DNA of 64,000 nucleotides from Polyangiaceae bacterium (lineage in GTDB: Bacteria > Myxococcota_A > Polyangia > Polyangiales > Polyangiaceae): assembly GCA_033763455.1 (NCBI GenBank), contig JANRKO010000019.1, positions 96,001 to 160,000 on the forward strand. The letters are read 5' to 3'. Position 1 is the first letter of the stretch; every line of letters begins with the position of its first letter. This document shows positions 32,992 through 42,305 of this stretch, piece after piece. Both the position numbers and the translations under genes were made by a program. Below the pieces are notes generated by a model. It ran no database searches. It was not told the DNA's origin and was given only the letters and a program-made list of their open reading frames with translations.

Positions 32992-34217
32992 GCGATTACC
33001 AGAAAACCCTTGAACGCCTCTACTCGCGTATCCCCGCGGGCCGCAAGCTTGGCTTGGAGCGCGTGCAGGCGGTCTGTGATCACTTCGGTAACCCTGAGCG
33101 AAGCTTTGAAGCGGTGCACGTGGCCGGCACCAACGGCAAAGGCACGGTGTGTGCCTTCGTCAATTCGATGGCTATTCATGCGGGTCGCAAGGTGGGGATG
33201 TACACCTCGCCACACCTCAATCGCTTTGCCGAACGCATAGCTATTAATGGAGAAGCCATCACCGACGAAGCTCTTGCGCCTTTGCTAGAGCAAGTGATGG
33301 ATCAAGGTCCAGATCTCACCTTCTTTGAGGTGGCTACGGTCGCGGCATTTCTCGCTTTCCGCGAGGCCAAGGTAGATTTCGCGGTTATCGAGGTAGGGCT
33401 GGGTGGGCGGCTGGACGCCACCAACGTGATCCCGGCTCCCCGGGTGGCCGCCATTACACGCATCTCGTTTGATCACACCGCGGAGCTCGGCGACACACTT
33501 GCTCAGATTGGCGCCGAAAAAGCGGGAATTATTAAGCCCGGTTCGGCTGTGGTGTTAGGCAAAATCCACCCGGAGGCGCGTGCGGTGATTGAGGCTCGCA
33601 TCGCCGAGGTGGGGGCAGAGCTTCTGGACCTTGGGAGCCCTGAACCGTTTGCGGGGGCCCGCCTCGCCTACCCGCGCATTGCGATGATTGGGACAAACCT
33701 TGCGGTTGCGTCCACTATCGGCCGTTACCTGAAGTTTGCACCCGAGGACATGGCCCGCGCTATCGAAGCGACGCTTTGGCCAGGTAGGAATGAGCTTTTG
33801 CATCGAAACGGGCAAGATCTCACACTCCTAGATTGCGGCCACAACCCGGATGGTATGGTGGCTCTGTCGCACTCGCTCGATCCCGGTGCATTGGGTGACA
33901 TTTCTTCTCGCAAAGAAATCGCCCTCGTGTTTGGTGCCATTCAAGGGAAAAATTACAGAGCGATGTTGCGCCGCTTGGAGAATGTCGCCGGCCATCGGAT
34001 ATTCGTGGCACCCCCCATCAAAAAAGCCGTAGATCCGCACGAATTCGCTAAGATTTTACCGGGGGAAGTCGCTCCGGATGTCGCGACTGCACTGGAGCTG
34101 GCGCGCACGCGTGTCGGAGCCAAGGGCCTCGTGGTGGTTACGGGATCTATCTTCTTAGTAGGCGCTGCACGCGCCTCGCTTTTGGGTTTACCCACAGACC
34201 CAGCAGTTGACCTTTAA
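32988..34217 (+). CDS. folC: Folylpolyglutamate/dihydrofolate synthase
   Basis: HVAGTNGKGTV, YTSPHL, EVGLGGRLDATN, WPGR, DCGHNP, VTGSIFLVG; GTGA overlap with accD. Confidence 0.95.
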   Translation: MSDYQKTLERLYSRIPAGRKLGLERVQAVCDHFGNPERSFEAVHVAGTNGKGTVCAFVNSMAIHAGRKVGMYTSPHLNRFAERIAINGEAITDEALAPLLEQVMDQGPDLTFFEVATVAAFLAFREAKVDFAVIEVGLGGRLDATNVIPAPRVAAITRISFDHTAELGDTLAQIGAEKAGIIKPGSAVVLGKIHPEARAVIEARIAEVGAELLDLGSPEPFAGARLAYPRIAMIGTNLAVASTIGRYLKFAPEDMARAIEATLWPGRNELLHRNGQDLTLLDCGHNPDGMVALSHSLDPGALGDISSRKEIALVFGAIQGKNYRAMLRRLENVAGHRIFVAPPIKKAVDPHEFAKILPGEVAPDVATALELARTRVGAKGLVVVTGSIFLVGAARASLLGLPTDPAVDL

Positions 34218-34232
34218 CGGAGTGCGCGGCAA

Positions 34233-34730
34233 GTGCCTTCCTTTGACGTAGTCTCCAAGCTCGATTGGGCAGAAGTGATGAACGCCATGAATCAGGCTCA
34301 AAAGGAGCTTATTCAGCGTTTTGACTTCAAAAATACCGGAGCCAAGATCGAGAAGTTAGACGCCAGCTTGGTGATTACCGCAATGGGTGAAGACCGCGCC
34401 AAAGCAGCGTATGAAGTACTGCGCGAGAAGCTGATTCGACGCAAAGTAAGCCTCAAACACTTCGAGGCCAAAGATCCGGTGTTTACCTCTAAGGGCGGTT
34501 CCAAGATTGTGGTGGAGGCAACCGAGGGTATCGCTTCGGAGAAAGCCAAAGTGATTATTCGCCTGATCAAAGACAGCAAGCTCAAGGTGCAGGCCTCGAT
34601 TCAGGAGGATACTGTGCGTATTTCTGGGAAAAATCGCGATGACTTGCAGGCGGCGATAGCGCTCCTGCGCGCCCAGAAGGATGATGAAGCCCTCAACCTC
34701 GACCTCCAATTTTTGAACTTCCGTGACTGA
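34233..34730 (+). CDS. yajQ: YajQ family nucleotide-binding protein
   Basis: MPSFDVVS, RFDFK, KVQASIQ, NRDDLQ, QFLNFRD. Confidence 0.96.
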   Translation: MPSFDVVSKLDWAEVMNAMNQAQKELIQRFDFKNTGAKIEKLDASLVITAMGEDRAKAAYEVLREKLIRRKVSLKHFEAKDPVFTSKGGSKIVVEATEGIASEKAKVIIRLIKDSKLKVQASIQEDTVRISGKNRDDLQAAIALLRAQKDDEALNLDLQFLNFRD

Positions 34731-36084
34731 ACGAAAACTCTTTGGAACTGATGGTATTCGCGGCGAAGCTAACGTCTTCCCGATGACGCCAGAGCTTGCC
34801 CTCACTCTCGGCCGCGCGATCGCGCTGGTAGCAAGGCGAGGGCACGACCGAGCCACCCGCATTGTGATCGGTAAAGACACGCGTCTAAGCGGCTACATGC
34901 TGGAAACGGCGCTCGCCTCAGGGATCTGCGCCATGGGCGGCGTGGTAATGCTCTGTGGGCCAATCCCCACCCCGGCCGTTGCCAATCTCACCCAATCGAT
35001 GCGCGCGGACGCAGGCGTTGTGATCAGCGCCAGCCACAATCCTTTCCAAGATAACGGCATTAAGATCTTTGGCCCTGATGGCTTCAAGCTTCCCGATCAC
35101 GAGGAGCTCGAAATCGAGCATTTGCTGGAAGATCCCAAGCTGATAACTTCAGGTTTTTCCGGAGTTGGCATCGGGCGAGCCCAACGCATCGACGACGCCG
35201 CTGGCCGCTATGTGGTGTCGGCGAAGGCCACATTCCCTAAAGAGCTCACTTTGGATGGCTTGCGCATTGTGGTCGATGCAGCTCATGGCGCCGCCTATCG
35301 CGTCGCTCCCGCCGTTTTCTCCGAACTGGGCGCCAACGTGGTGAGCCTTGGAGTGCGCCCGAATGGTCGAAATATCAACGATAATTGCGGCGCTCTGCAC
35401 CCCGACATGTTGGCTAGCGAGGTCCTCAAAAATGACGCTCACATCGGCATTGCCTTAGACGGTGACGCTGACCGCGTGATCATCGTCGATGAAAAGGGCA
35501 ACGTGGTGGACGGTGACGCCGTGATGGCACTTTGCGCGACTCGGCTCTTGAGCGCAGGGCGTTTGGCCAAGAACACTTTGGTTGCCACAGTTATGAGCAA
35601 TATTGGCCTAGAGCGTGCGATGCGGAAGGCCGGAGGGCAGCTAGTCCGCACCGCTGTTGGAGACCGCTACGTAGTCGAAGAGATGCGGCGCTCCGGTTAC
35701 TCACTGGGCGGCGAACAATCCGGACACCTGGTGTTCCTTGATCATGCCACCACCGGTGACGGAATTGTGGCGGCACTTCAGGTTCTCTCGATCATGGTCG
35801 CTGAAGGCAGCCTTGTGAGCGATCTTGCCAAGATCATGGAGCGCGTCCCGCAGGTTCTGGAAAGCGTCAGAATGCCTTCGCGCAAGCCCGTGAGCGATAT
35901 GCCAAGGCTTTCAGCACTCATTGCCGAGGTTGAGCGTCATTTGGCCGGAGAAGGCCGAGTGCTCGTGCGTTGGAGCGGTACTGAAGCCAAGCTTCGCTTC
36001 ATGGTGGAAGGTCCGGATACTGACGCCCTCAACGGCTTCGTAGCTGACATGGCCGAGGCCGCAGCCGAAGATCTCAGCGCCTAA
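34723..36084 (+). CDS. glmM: Phosphoglucosamine mutase
   Basis: [39 protein letters not shown]. Confidence 0.97.
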   Translation: MTERKLFGTDGIRGEANVFPMTPELALTLGRAIALVARRGHDRATRIVIGKDTRLSGYMLETALASGICAMGGVVMLCGPIPTPAVANLTQSMRADAGVVISASHNPFQDNGIKIFGPDGFKLPDHEELEIEHLLEDPKLITSGFSGVGIGRAQRIDDAAGRYVVSAKATFPKELTLDGLRIVVDAAHGAAYRVAPAVFSELGANVVSLGVRPNGRNINDNCGALHPDMLASEVLKNDAHIGIALDGDADRVIIVDEKGNVVDGDAVMALCATRLLSAGRLAKNTLVATVMSNIGLERAMRKAGGQLVRTAVGDRYVVEEMRRSGYSLGGEQSGHLVFLDHATTGDGIVAALQVLSIMVAEGSLVSDLAKIMERVPQVLESVRMPSRKPVSDMPRLSALIAEVERHLAGEGRVLVRWSGTEAKLRFMVEGPDTDALNGFVADMAEAAAEDLSA

Positions 36085-36099
36085 CCTGGGGAGCTCACG

Positions 36100-37224
36100 T
36101 TGACCACCGCAGAGGCTTTGTGTGGTCGACTGCTCTTGGTGGGGTTTCCTGGGGTTTCGCTGGCGCCTGCTCTCCGGTCACGGATCCGTGATGGAAAAGT
36201 CGGTGGCGTGATCCTTTTTCGGCGAAACGTCGAAAATGTTCCCCAGGTGCATGCTTTATGTCAGGAGCTCGCGGAGGCTGCTTCGAATGATCTCTTCATC
36301 GGAGTAGATCAAGAAGGTGGGCGCGTAGCTCGGCTGCCCTCCCCTGTGCTCACGCTTCCGCCAGCGCGGACGCTTGGAAAAGGCTCAGTTGAGCTCACAC
36401 AAGATGCGGGTGCGCTCTTGGGGGCCGATCTTGCCGGGCTAGGCTTCAACTTGAATTTTGCGCCCGTTTTCGATGTGGATAGCAACCCCAACAACCCCGT
36501 GATTGGTGATCGAGCGTTCGCCGAAGAGCCAGCCCGAGTGGCAGCATTTGCCAGTGCATTTGCCCGCGGGCTCCAAAGCTCGGGGGTTGCGGCGTGTGCC
36601 AAACACTTCCCGGGCCACGGGGATACGCATCAAGATAGCCACCTTGAGTTACCGCTTGTTCAGCGTTCAGATTCGGAACTACGGGAGCTTGAAATATCGC
36701 CCTTTGTTGCGGCGATAGGCGCGGGGGTGGCTTCCATGATGACGGCTCACGTGGTTTATCCGGCGTTGGATCCTGAGCACCCGGCAACCCTGAGCTCGGC
36801 GATTTTGACCCAGATCTTGCGCCGAGAGCTTGGGTTTGGGGGGGTGATCTTTTCGGATGATCTCGAAATGAATGCCATCACGCGCGCCATGAACGTCGAA
36901 GATGCAGCCGTTTCGGCGATTGTTGCAGGGTGTGATGCGCTGTTGATTTGCCATTCAGAGGAGCGGCAAGCGGCGGCACTCACGGCGCTGGTGCGGGAAT
37001 ACGAAGGGTCGAAGGCGTTTCGCGAATTGGTGAATGCCGCGGAGGGCCGCGGTGCGGAGCTCCGGAGCAGGTATCCTGTGGCGGGATTTGTCGAGTATCA
37101 GCAGTGGCTGAATGCGCGGCTAGCCGAGCAGGCGCGTCGTGATGCGTTGACCGCGAAGCTTGCCCACCTAGCTTCGAATGGGCAAGCTTCCGCTGTTGCT
37201 TTGGACCCTACCGAGAAGGCTTAG
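36100..37224 (+). CDS. nagZ: GH3 beta-N-acetylhexosaminidase
   Basis: VDQEGGRV, KHFPGHGDTHQDSH, MMTAH, SDDLEM. Confidence 0.93.
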   Translation: MTTAEALCGRLLLVGFPGVSLAPALRSRIRDGKVGGVILFRRNVENVPQVHALCQELAEAASNDLFIGVDQEGGRVARLPSPVLTLPPARTLGKGSVELTQDAGALLGADLAGLGFNLNFAPVFDVDSNPNNPVIGDRAFAEEPARVAAFASAFARGLQSSGVAACAKHFPGHGDTHQDSHLELPLVQRSDSELRELEISPFVAAIGAGVASMMTAHVVYPALDPEHPATLSSAILTQILRRELGFGGVIFSDDLEMNAITRAMNVEDAAVSAIVAGCDALLICHSEERQAAALTALVREYEGSKAFRELVNAAEGRGAELRSRYPVAGFVEYQQWLNARLAEQARRDALTAKLAHLASNGQASAVALDPTEKA

Positions 37225-37231
37225 CCAAAAA

Positions 37232-37810
37232 CTACTTGTTGAGTTCCAGCTTCACGTTGAGCGTGACTTCGTCGCCAACGACGACTCCGCCCTTGTCCAG
37301 GGACTTGTTCCAGTTGAGCCCGAAGTCTTGGCGCTTGATCTTTCCGCTTACCTTCACACCACGAACGCTCTTGCCCCAGGGGTTTTGCACAGCGTTGGAA
37401 AGTGTGGCGTCCAAAGTTACAGACTTGGTAATCCCCCGGATGGTGAGGTCCCCGGTGAGTTTGAAGGCCTTACCCGCCTTCTTGATCTTGGTGGATTTGA
37501 AGGTGATGTTGGGATGTTTTTCGGCATCAAAGAAGTCAGCGCTCTTGAGATGCTTGTCGCGATCCGCGTTATCGGTATTCACCGACGCCACGGGAATCGT
37601 GATCTCAACACTGCTCTTCGTGAGGTCCGCTTCGTCGAGCTTCACTGAGCCTTTGACGTCTCGGAAGTTTCCATCAACCTCAGAGATCACCATGTGAGAG
37701 ACGGTGAAGCCCACCCGGGAGTGCGAGCCGTCGATGGCCCAATCTACGGGGGCGGCGAGAGCGAGGGAACTGATCAGGGAGAGTGCACCAGCTAGAAAGA
37801 GAGTACGCAT
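37232..37810 (-). CDS. yceI: YceI family periplasmic protein
   Basis: Signal peptide, WAIDGSHS, RDKHLKSADFFD, GDLTIRGIT, RQDFGL. Confidence 0.92.
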   Translation of the reverse strand: MRTLFLAGALSLISSLALAAPVDWAIDGSHSRVGFTVSHMVISEVDGNFRDVKGSVKLDEADLTKSSVEITIPVASVNTDNADRDKHLKSADFFDAEKHPNITFKSTKIKKAGKAFKLTGDLTIRGITKSVTLDATLSNAVQNPWGKSVRGVKVSGKIKRQDFGLNWNKSLDKGGVVVGDEVTLNVKLELNK

Positions 37811-37904
37811 GTTGTTTTTCCTTTAGTCGAGAGTTGGGGCGTTCCTAAGTCCCGGCGCGCCAAGCCGGAAGCCCCGCGCGAGCGAGGAATCAAAAAAAAT
37901 GACG

Positions 37905-37976
37905 CCCCTCCAATTCATCCACCCCTCCAATTCGTCCACCCCTCCAATTCGTCCACCCCTTCCAATTCGTCCACCC
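37905..37976. repeat. Intergenic tandem repeat, 4 x 17 nt (CCCCTCCAATTCGTCCA)
   Basis: Units at 37905, 37922, 37939 and 37956 (one substitution, one 1-nt insertion). Confidence 0.92.
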
Positions 37977-38023
37977 TGCAAAGAGTCACCCCGACGAGCT
38001 GCGGATGCCCCAACCCAGCGCGT

Positions 38024-38055
38024 CGGCGCTCAAGCCCATAAGGGCCGGAGCGCCG
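38024..38055 (-). terminator. Hairpin downstream of the Cys-rich lipoprotein gene (possible terminator or 3' stabiliser)
   Basis: CGGCGCTC-AA-GCCC-ATAA-GGGC-CG-GAGCGCCG; no U-tract. Confidence 0.4.
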
Positions 38056-38087
38056 TTAGCGTGTGCGTTTAGATCAGAGCGAGCAGT

Positions 38088-39359
38088 TTAGCCGCCAGCC
38101 GTTGCACTTCCGCTCGCCGAGGCGCTTGCCTTCACCGAGACGTCGATCTGCACGGAGGCTTTCACCTGCGCATCGATGGAAGATGCGAAACAGCCTGCGA
38201 CCTTGAGCGCTGCCGCTCCGCCGCCGGTGACGGTAGCTTTCACGCCTTCGAGCGAAGCCTTAACGCCAGCTGCTGCGGACTCTACGTGACCCTTCATGCC
38301 GAGCGTGACCTTGAGCAAAGCGGGCAGATTCTTGGTGAGCGCTGCTTTGAGCTTAGCACCAGCTTCGACATCGCCCGATGCTTCCACCTTCACGTCCACC
38401 TTGGCTGGGGTACAGGAAAGCTTGCCACTTACTTCGGCATCGCAGCTGGCCTTGCACTCTGCACTCACCTTCGGGGGCTTCATTTCGCCGCTGCACTTCG
38501 GCTCTTTGAGTTCGACGCTGCAACCGCCGGAGCAGGATCCCTTGCAATCGGCTTTGCCGCTCATCTCGCAGCTCGCGCTGCAGGTGCCCTTGCAGCTGCC
38601 GTTACAAGAAGCCTCGGCTTTGCCGTCGCACTTGCCGTCACATGTGCCAGCGCAGGCGCCCTTGGAATCCTTGCCGTCGCACTTGCCGTTGCACTTGCCG
38701 TCACACTTGCCGCTGATCTCGCCGGTGCAGGTGCCGCTACAGCTGCCGCCACAGGTACCTTGGCATTCGACGCCAGCTTCAACCGTGCAGCTTCCCTTAC
38801 ACTGACCTTCGCAGGTGCCGCTGATTTCGCCGCCTTCGCACTCCACCTTCACGCTGCCCGGCTCAACGCTTGCGTCGCATTTACCGGAACATTCCGCCAT
38901 GGCGTTCATCGAAGCCGAGCACTTCGGCTCCACAACGTTGACCGTTACTTTGGCTTGGGCCTTGGCTTTGAGATCAGCCACTGCTTTGGCGGCGGCGTTA
39001 CAGGCTGCTTCCGCGCCCTTGCCAGGACCCTGCTCGGTGGGCTCGAAGTTGGTGACGCCGAGATCGGTAGCGAGATTGCCACACGCCGTCTTCACCTCGG
39101 TCTCGATGGTTGCTGCCAGGCCCTGTAGATTGGCACCGGCTGCGAGGGCGGCTTTGACTTTCCCTTCCAGGGAAGCGTCGAGACCAAAATTGGCACCCAT
39201 CACGGCTTCTGCGCTGGAAATATCCGCGGGACAGGTAGCACCGGGGAGATTGTTGGCGCCCGGAAGCTTCCCGCAATCCACCAACAGCATCGGAAGTGCC
39301 GTGAGTGTCAAAATCCCGAATGTGACTCGTGTAACTTTTCGCGTTTGCGAAGCAACCAT
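38088..39359 (-). CDS. Cys-rich repeat lipoprotein (CxGxCxGxC repeats)
   Basis: LLVDC lipobox-like; central repeats CEGQCKGSC, CQGTCGGSCSGTC, CDGKCNGKCDGK. Confidence 0.88.
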   Translation of the reverse strand: MVASQTRKVTRVTFGILTLTALPMLLVDCGKLPGANNLPGATCPADISSAEAVMGANFGLDASLEGKVKAALAAGANLQGLAATIETEVKTACGNLATDLGVTNFEPTEQGPGKGAEAACNAAAKAVADLKAKAQAKVTVNVVEPKCSASMNAMAECSGKCDASVEPGSVKVECEGGEISGTCEGQCKGSCTVEAGVECQGTCGGSCSGTCTGEISGKCDGKCNGKCDGKDSKGACAGTCDGKCDGKAEASCNGSCKGTCSASCEMSGKADCKGSCSGGCSVELKEPKCSGEMKPPKVSAECKASCDAEVSGKLSCTPAKVDVKVEASGDVEAGAKLKAALTKNLPALLKVTLGMKGHVESAAAGVKASLEGVKATVTGGGAAALKVAGCFASSIDAQVKASVQIDVSVKASASASGSATAGG

Positions 39360-39751
39360 GTGTCTGACTCCTTAAGCCTTGGTTGCTGATCGCAACCGTT
39401 AATTGAAGGGAAAATACCCCGAATGGCGCGCTAGCATGCCGGATCCCCTGTGCCTGTAAAGAGGTGTCCCCGAAGTAGTGCGTTGGAGGATAACATTTGA
39501 TGTTGCAAAGGGCCGCCCAGGGACCGAGACACTTCGAAGATCAAGGAAGATTGGGCATCGCGAGTGAATGCTTGCGCAAGCTGTATCACTCCACACGAAG
39601 AGATACTTGCCATGCTAAGTATCTCCAGAACCGCCGAATAGCACCCGTGCGCGGGCAAAAGTAAATCAATGGGCTCGGTGGCCGGAGGCCCGCTCATTTG
39701 ACCCCGAGAGGGCTTTGCTCCAAGTCGAGCGAAACGCTTCGCGCGAGCTAT

Positions 39752-39863
39752 CGCTTCGGGGTCATTAGCGTTTCGTTCGAATCAAACGCTTCGGGGTCAT
39801 TAGCGTTTCGTTCGAACCAAACGCTTCGGGGTCATTAGCGTTTCGTTCGAACCAAACGCTTCG
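39752..39863. repeat. Intergenic tandem repeat, 3.2 x 35 nt, each unit forming a hairpin
   Basis: CGCTTCGGGGTCATTAGCGTTTCGTTCGAA(T/C)CAAA at 39752, 39787 and 39822; AGCGTTT/AAACGCT stems around GTTCGAAC. Confidence 0.92.
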
Positions 39864-39870
39864 CCGGCGG

Positions 39871-40218
39871 CTAGCGCTTCGAACGACTTAAAGTGAACGG
39901 CAAATCCATCTGGCTGTCCGCGTTTTTAGGCTTGCCTGGCTGCCGCTGATGCACGCGCTGCAAGATCTCTCGCTCAGCCTGGATATCGGCTTCTATGACC
40001 TGGGGGTTATCCAGCGCAAACGCTAACGCGTCGAAAACCTTCGCTGCATCCAGCTGCGGAAACCGCTTCAGCAATGTCTCAATCTTCACGCCGCTGTCGT
40101 AAAACGCCCAAAGCCTGCGCACCGGCACCCGCGAGCCTGCAACATACGGGCTACCACCGAGAACGGTTGGCTCCACGCGCACGTGCGGATGGGGAACAAG
40201 AATTACCGGTAAGGCCAG
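39871..40218 (-). CDS. DUF433 family protein (antitoxin-like HTH), probable CTG start
   Basis: PHVRVEPTVLGGSPYVAGSRVPVRRL...FPQL...VFDALAF; GAGGAG 7 nt upstream of CTG at 40218. Confidence 0.8.
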   Translation of the reverse strand: MALPVILVPHPHVRVEPTVLGGSPYVAGSRVPVRRLWAFYDSGVKIETLLKRFPQLDAAKVFDALAFALDNPQVIEADIQAEREILQRVHQRQPGKPKNADSQMDLPFTLSRSKR

Positions 40219-40246
40219 GTGAATGCTCCTCGGGTTCAGCCGTAAA

Positions 40247-42223
40247 TTAGCCTGCGAAAGAGTGTTCAAGGATCTGAGCCGCCACTTTTTCAGCGGTAAA
40301 GCCAAAGGCTTCGGCCAGTTTCTCAAACGGTGCTGAGGCCCCAAAACGATCGATCCCAATTGAGAGCCCATGCTTGCCCACCACACCGCTCCAGCCCGCT
40401 GTTCTTCCGGCTTCCAGACTTATCAGCTTGGTGTTTTTTCCAAGCACAGCTTCTCGCTTACCTGCCGGCTGCCGTTCAAAGGCGTCCCAACAAGGCGCCG
40501 AAACAACTCGCACCTGTTTGCCGCGCGCAGCGAGCAACTTCTTGGCAGAAAGCGCCACATGCACCTCGCTACCACTCGCGATGATGGTAAATTCGGGGTC
40601 TTCCGCGTCCGAAATCACGTAGGCGCCGTCGAGAACAGCTTTGGGATCAAAACCCGCCGGGCGCTCCAAAACCGGCAAATTCTGGCGGCTCAGCGCGAAG
40701 GCCGTGGGGCCGTCCCCCCTGGATACAGCGTGGGCCCAAGCCGCCGCGCACTCCAACGTATCGGCGGGGCGCACCACATCAAGGTTCGGGATCAACCGCA
40801 TGGAGGCCAATTGCTCCACGGGCTGATGCGTCGGGCCGTCTTCACCCAAAAATATGGAATCGTGCGTGAACACATGGACCACGCGTTGATGCATCAGCGC
40901 CGCCAAACGCAAGGAAGGGCGCAGATAATCGCTGAAGATGAGAAACGTGGAGCCAAACGGAATGAAGAAGCCGGAGAGCGCCAGGCCATTCATCACCGAA
41001 GCCATGCCGTGTTCACGGATGCCGAAGTTCAGGTTTCTCCCGGAAAAATCGTTCCGCGAAACGTCCTTGGAACCCTTGATGGTGGTTTTGGTGGATTCTG
41101 CAAGATCAGCGGCACCGCCGACTAACGACGGAACCAACTTGGCAACAATTTGCTCCACTTCGCCACCGGTGCTGCGAGTGGCGTTGGTCTTGGCGGGTAC
41201 GCCAGCGATCAACTGCTCATAGAGATCTGCTGGGATTTTTTTATCCAGGAGGGTTTGCAGGAGTGCCTTTTGTTCGGCGGGCGCCGATTGCCGAACGGAC
41301 TGCCAAGCGGCGTAAGCTTTCTTGTTCTCTTCGGCGCGCACCTTGAAGAACGCACGCGCTTCGTCGGGCACGTAAAAAGTGGGCTCCAGTGGCCAACCTG
41401 CGGCTTTTTTGGTGGCAGCGACCTCCTCAGCTCCGAGCGGCGAGCCGTGGGCTTTGGAGCTGTCTTGCTTAGTCGGAGCGCCGATGCCGATGTGCGTGCG
41501 TGCCACGATGAGCGAAGGCTTGCCCTTCTGCGATACTGCGCGATCAAGCGCCGCGCGGACTTCTTCGGGATTGTGGCCGTCCACGTGTTGAGTGAAAAAG
41601 CCGTAGGCTTCGTAGCGCTTGGCGACGTCTTCGCTGAAGCTCAGCTCTGTCTTGCCGTCGATCGTGATCTTGTTGTCGTCGTAAACGATAATCAAGTTAT
41701 CCAGGCCAAGATGGCCCGCGATACTGCTCGCTTCGCTCGCGACACCCTCCATGATGTCGCCGTCTGAAGCCAGGACAAACACGCGGTAATTGATGAGCTC
41801 GGAGCCCGCCGAATTCACGCGCGCGCCCGCCATCTTGCCCGCTAGCGCGAGACCCACAGCGTTACCAATCCCCTGCCCGAGCGGGCCGGTCGTGGTTTCC
41901 ACGCCGGGGGTCATGAAATTCTCCGGATGCCCCGGAGTTTTCGAGCCCCACTGACGGAATTGTTTCAGATCTTCCAGACTGAGATCGTACCCGGCCAAAT
42001 GCAGCACCGAATAAAGCAGCATCGATGCGTGGCCGCAGGACAACACGAAGCGATCGCGATTGGGCCAGGCGGGATCTTCGGGATTGTAACGCAGGTGCTT
42101 GGTGAAGATGTCGGTGGTGATACCGGCCAAGGCCATCGGAGTACCGGGATGGCCACTTCCAGCCTTCTCAACGCCGTCAACTGACAGGAACTGAATCGTG
42201 CGTACCGCTTGCTCAAAACTCAT
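40247..42223 (-). CDS. tkt: Transketolase
   Basis: SGHPG, DRFVLSCGH, TTGPLGQG, SDGDIMEG, FGIREHGM, THDSIFLGEDGPTHQP. Confidence 0.97.
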   Translation of the reverse strand: MSFEQAVRTIQFLSVDGVEKAGSGHPGTPMALAGITTDIFTKHLRYNPEDPAWPNRDRFVLSCGHASMLLYSVLHLAGYDLSLEDLKQFRQWGSKTPGHPENFMTPGVETTTGPLGQGIGNAVGLALAGKMAGARVNSAGSELINYRVFVLASDGDIMEGVASEASSIAGHLGLDNLIIVYDDNKITIDGKTELSFSEDVAKRYEAYGFFTQHVDGHNPEEVRAALDRAVSQKGKPSLIVARTHIGIGAPTKQDSSKAHGSPLGAEEVAATKKAAGWPLEPTFYVPDEARAFFKVRAEENKKAYAAWQSVRQSAPAEQKALLQTLLDKKIPADLYEQLIAGVPAKTNATRSTGGEVEQIVAKLVPSLVGGAADLAESTKTTIKGSKDVSRNDFSGRNLNFGIREHGMASVMNGLALSGFFIPFGSTFLIFSDYLRPSLRLAALMHQRVVHVFTHDSIFLGEDGPTHQPVEQLASMRLIPNLDVVRPADTLECAAAWAHAVSRGDGPTAFALSRQNLPVLERPAGFDPKAVLDGAYVISDAEDPEFTIIASGSEVHVALSAKKLLAARGKQVRVVSAPCWDAFERQPAGKREAVLGKNTKLISLEAGRTAGWSGVVGKHGLSIGIDRFGASAPFEKLAEAFGFTAEKVAAQILEHSFAG

Positions 42224-42305
42224 AGGGTGTCTGTGGTAGCGCTACTTTGCCACGCTGAAAAGCCTAGGTGCGCGTTTCAGCACGGGGCGCGGGGGGCGCG
42301 AGGGC

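Noticed and set aside
39752..39863. CRISPR array (35-nt palindromic repeat)
   Set aside because: The units are contiguous with no unique spacers, and there are no cas genes in the window.
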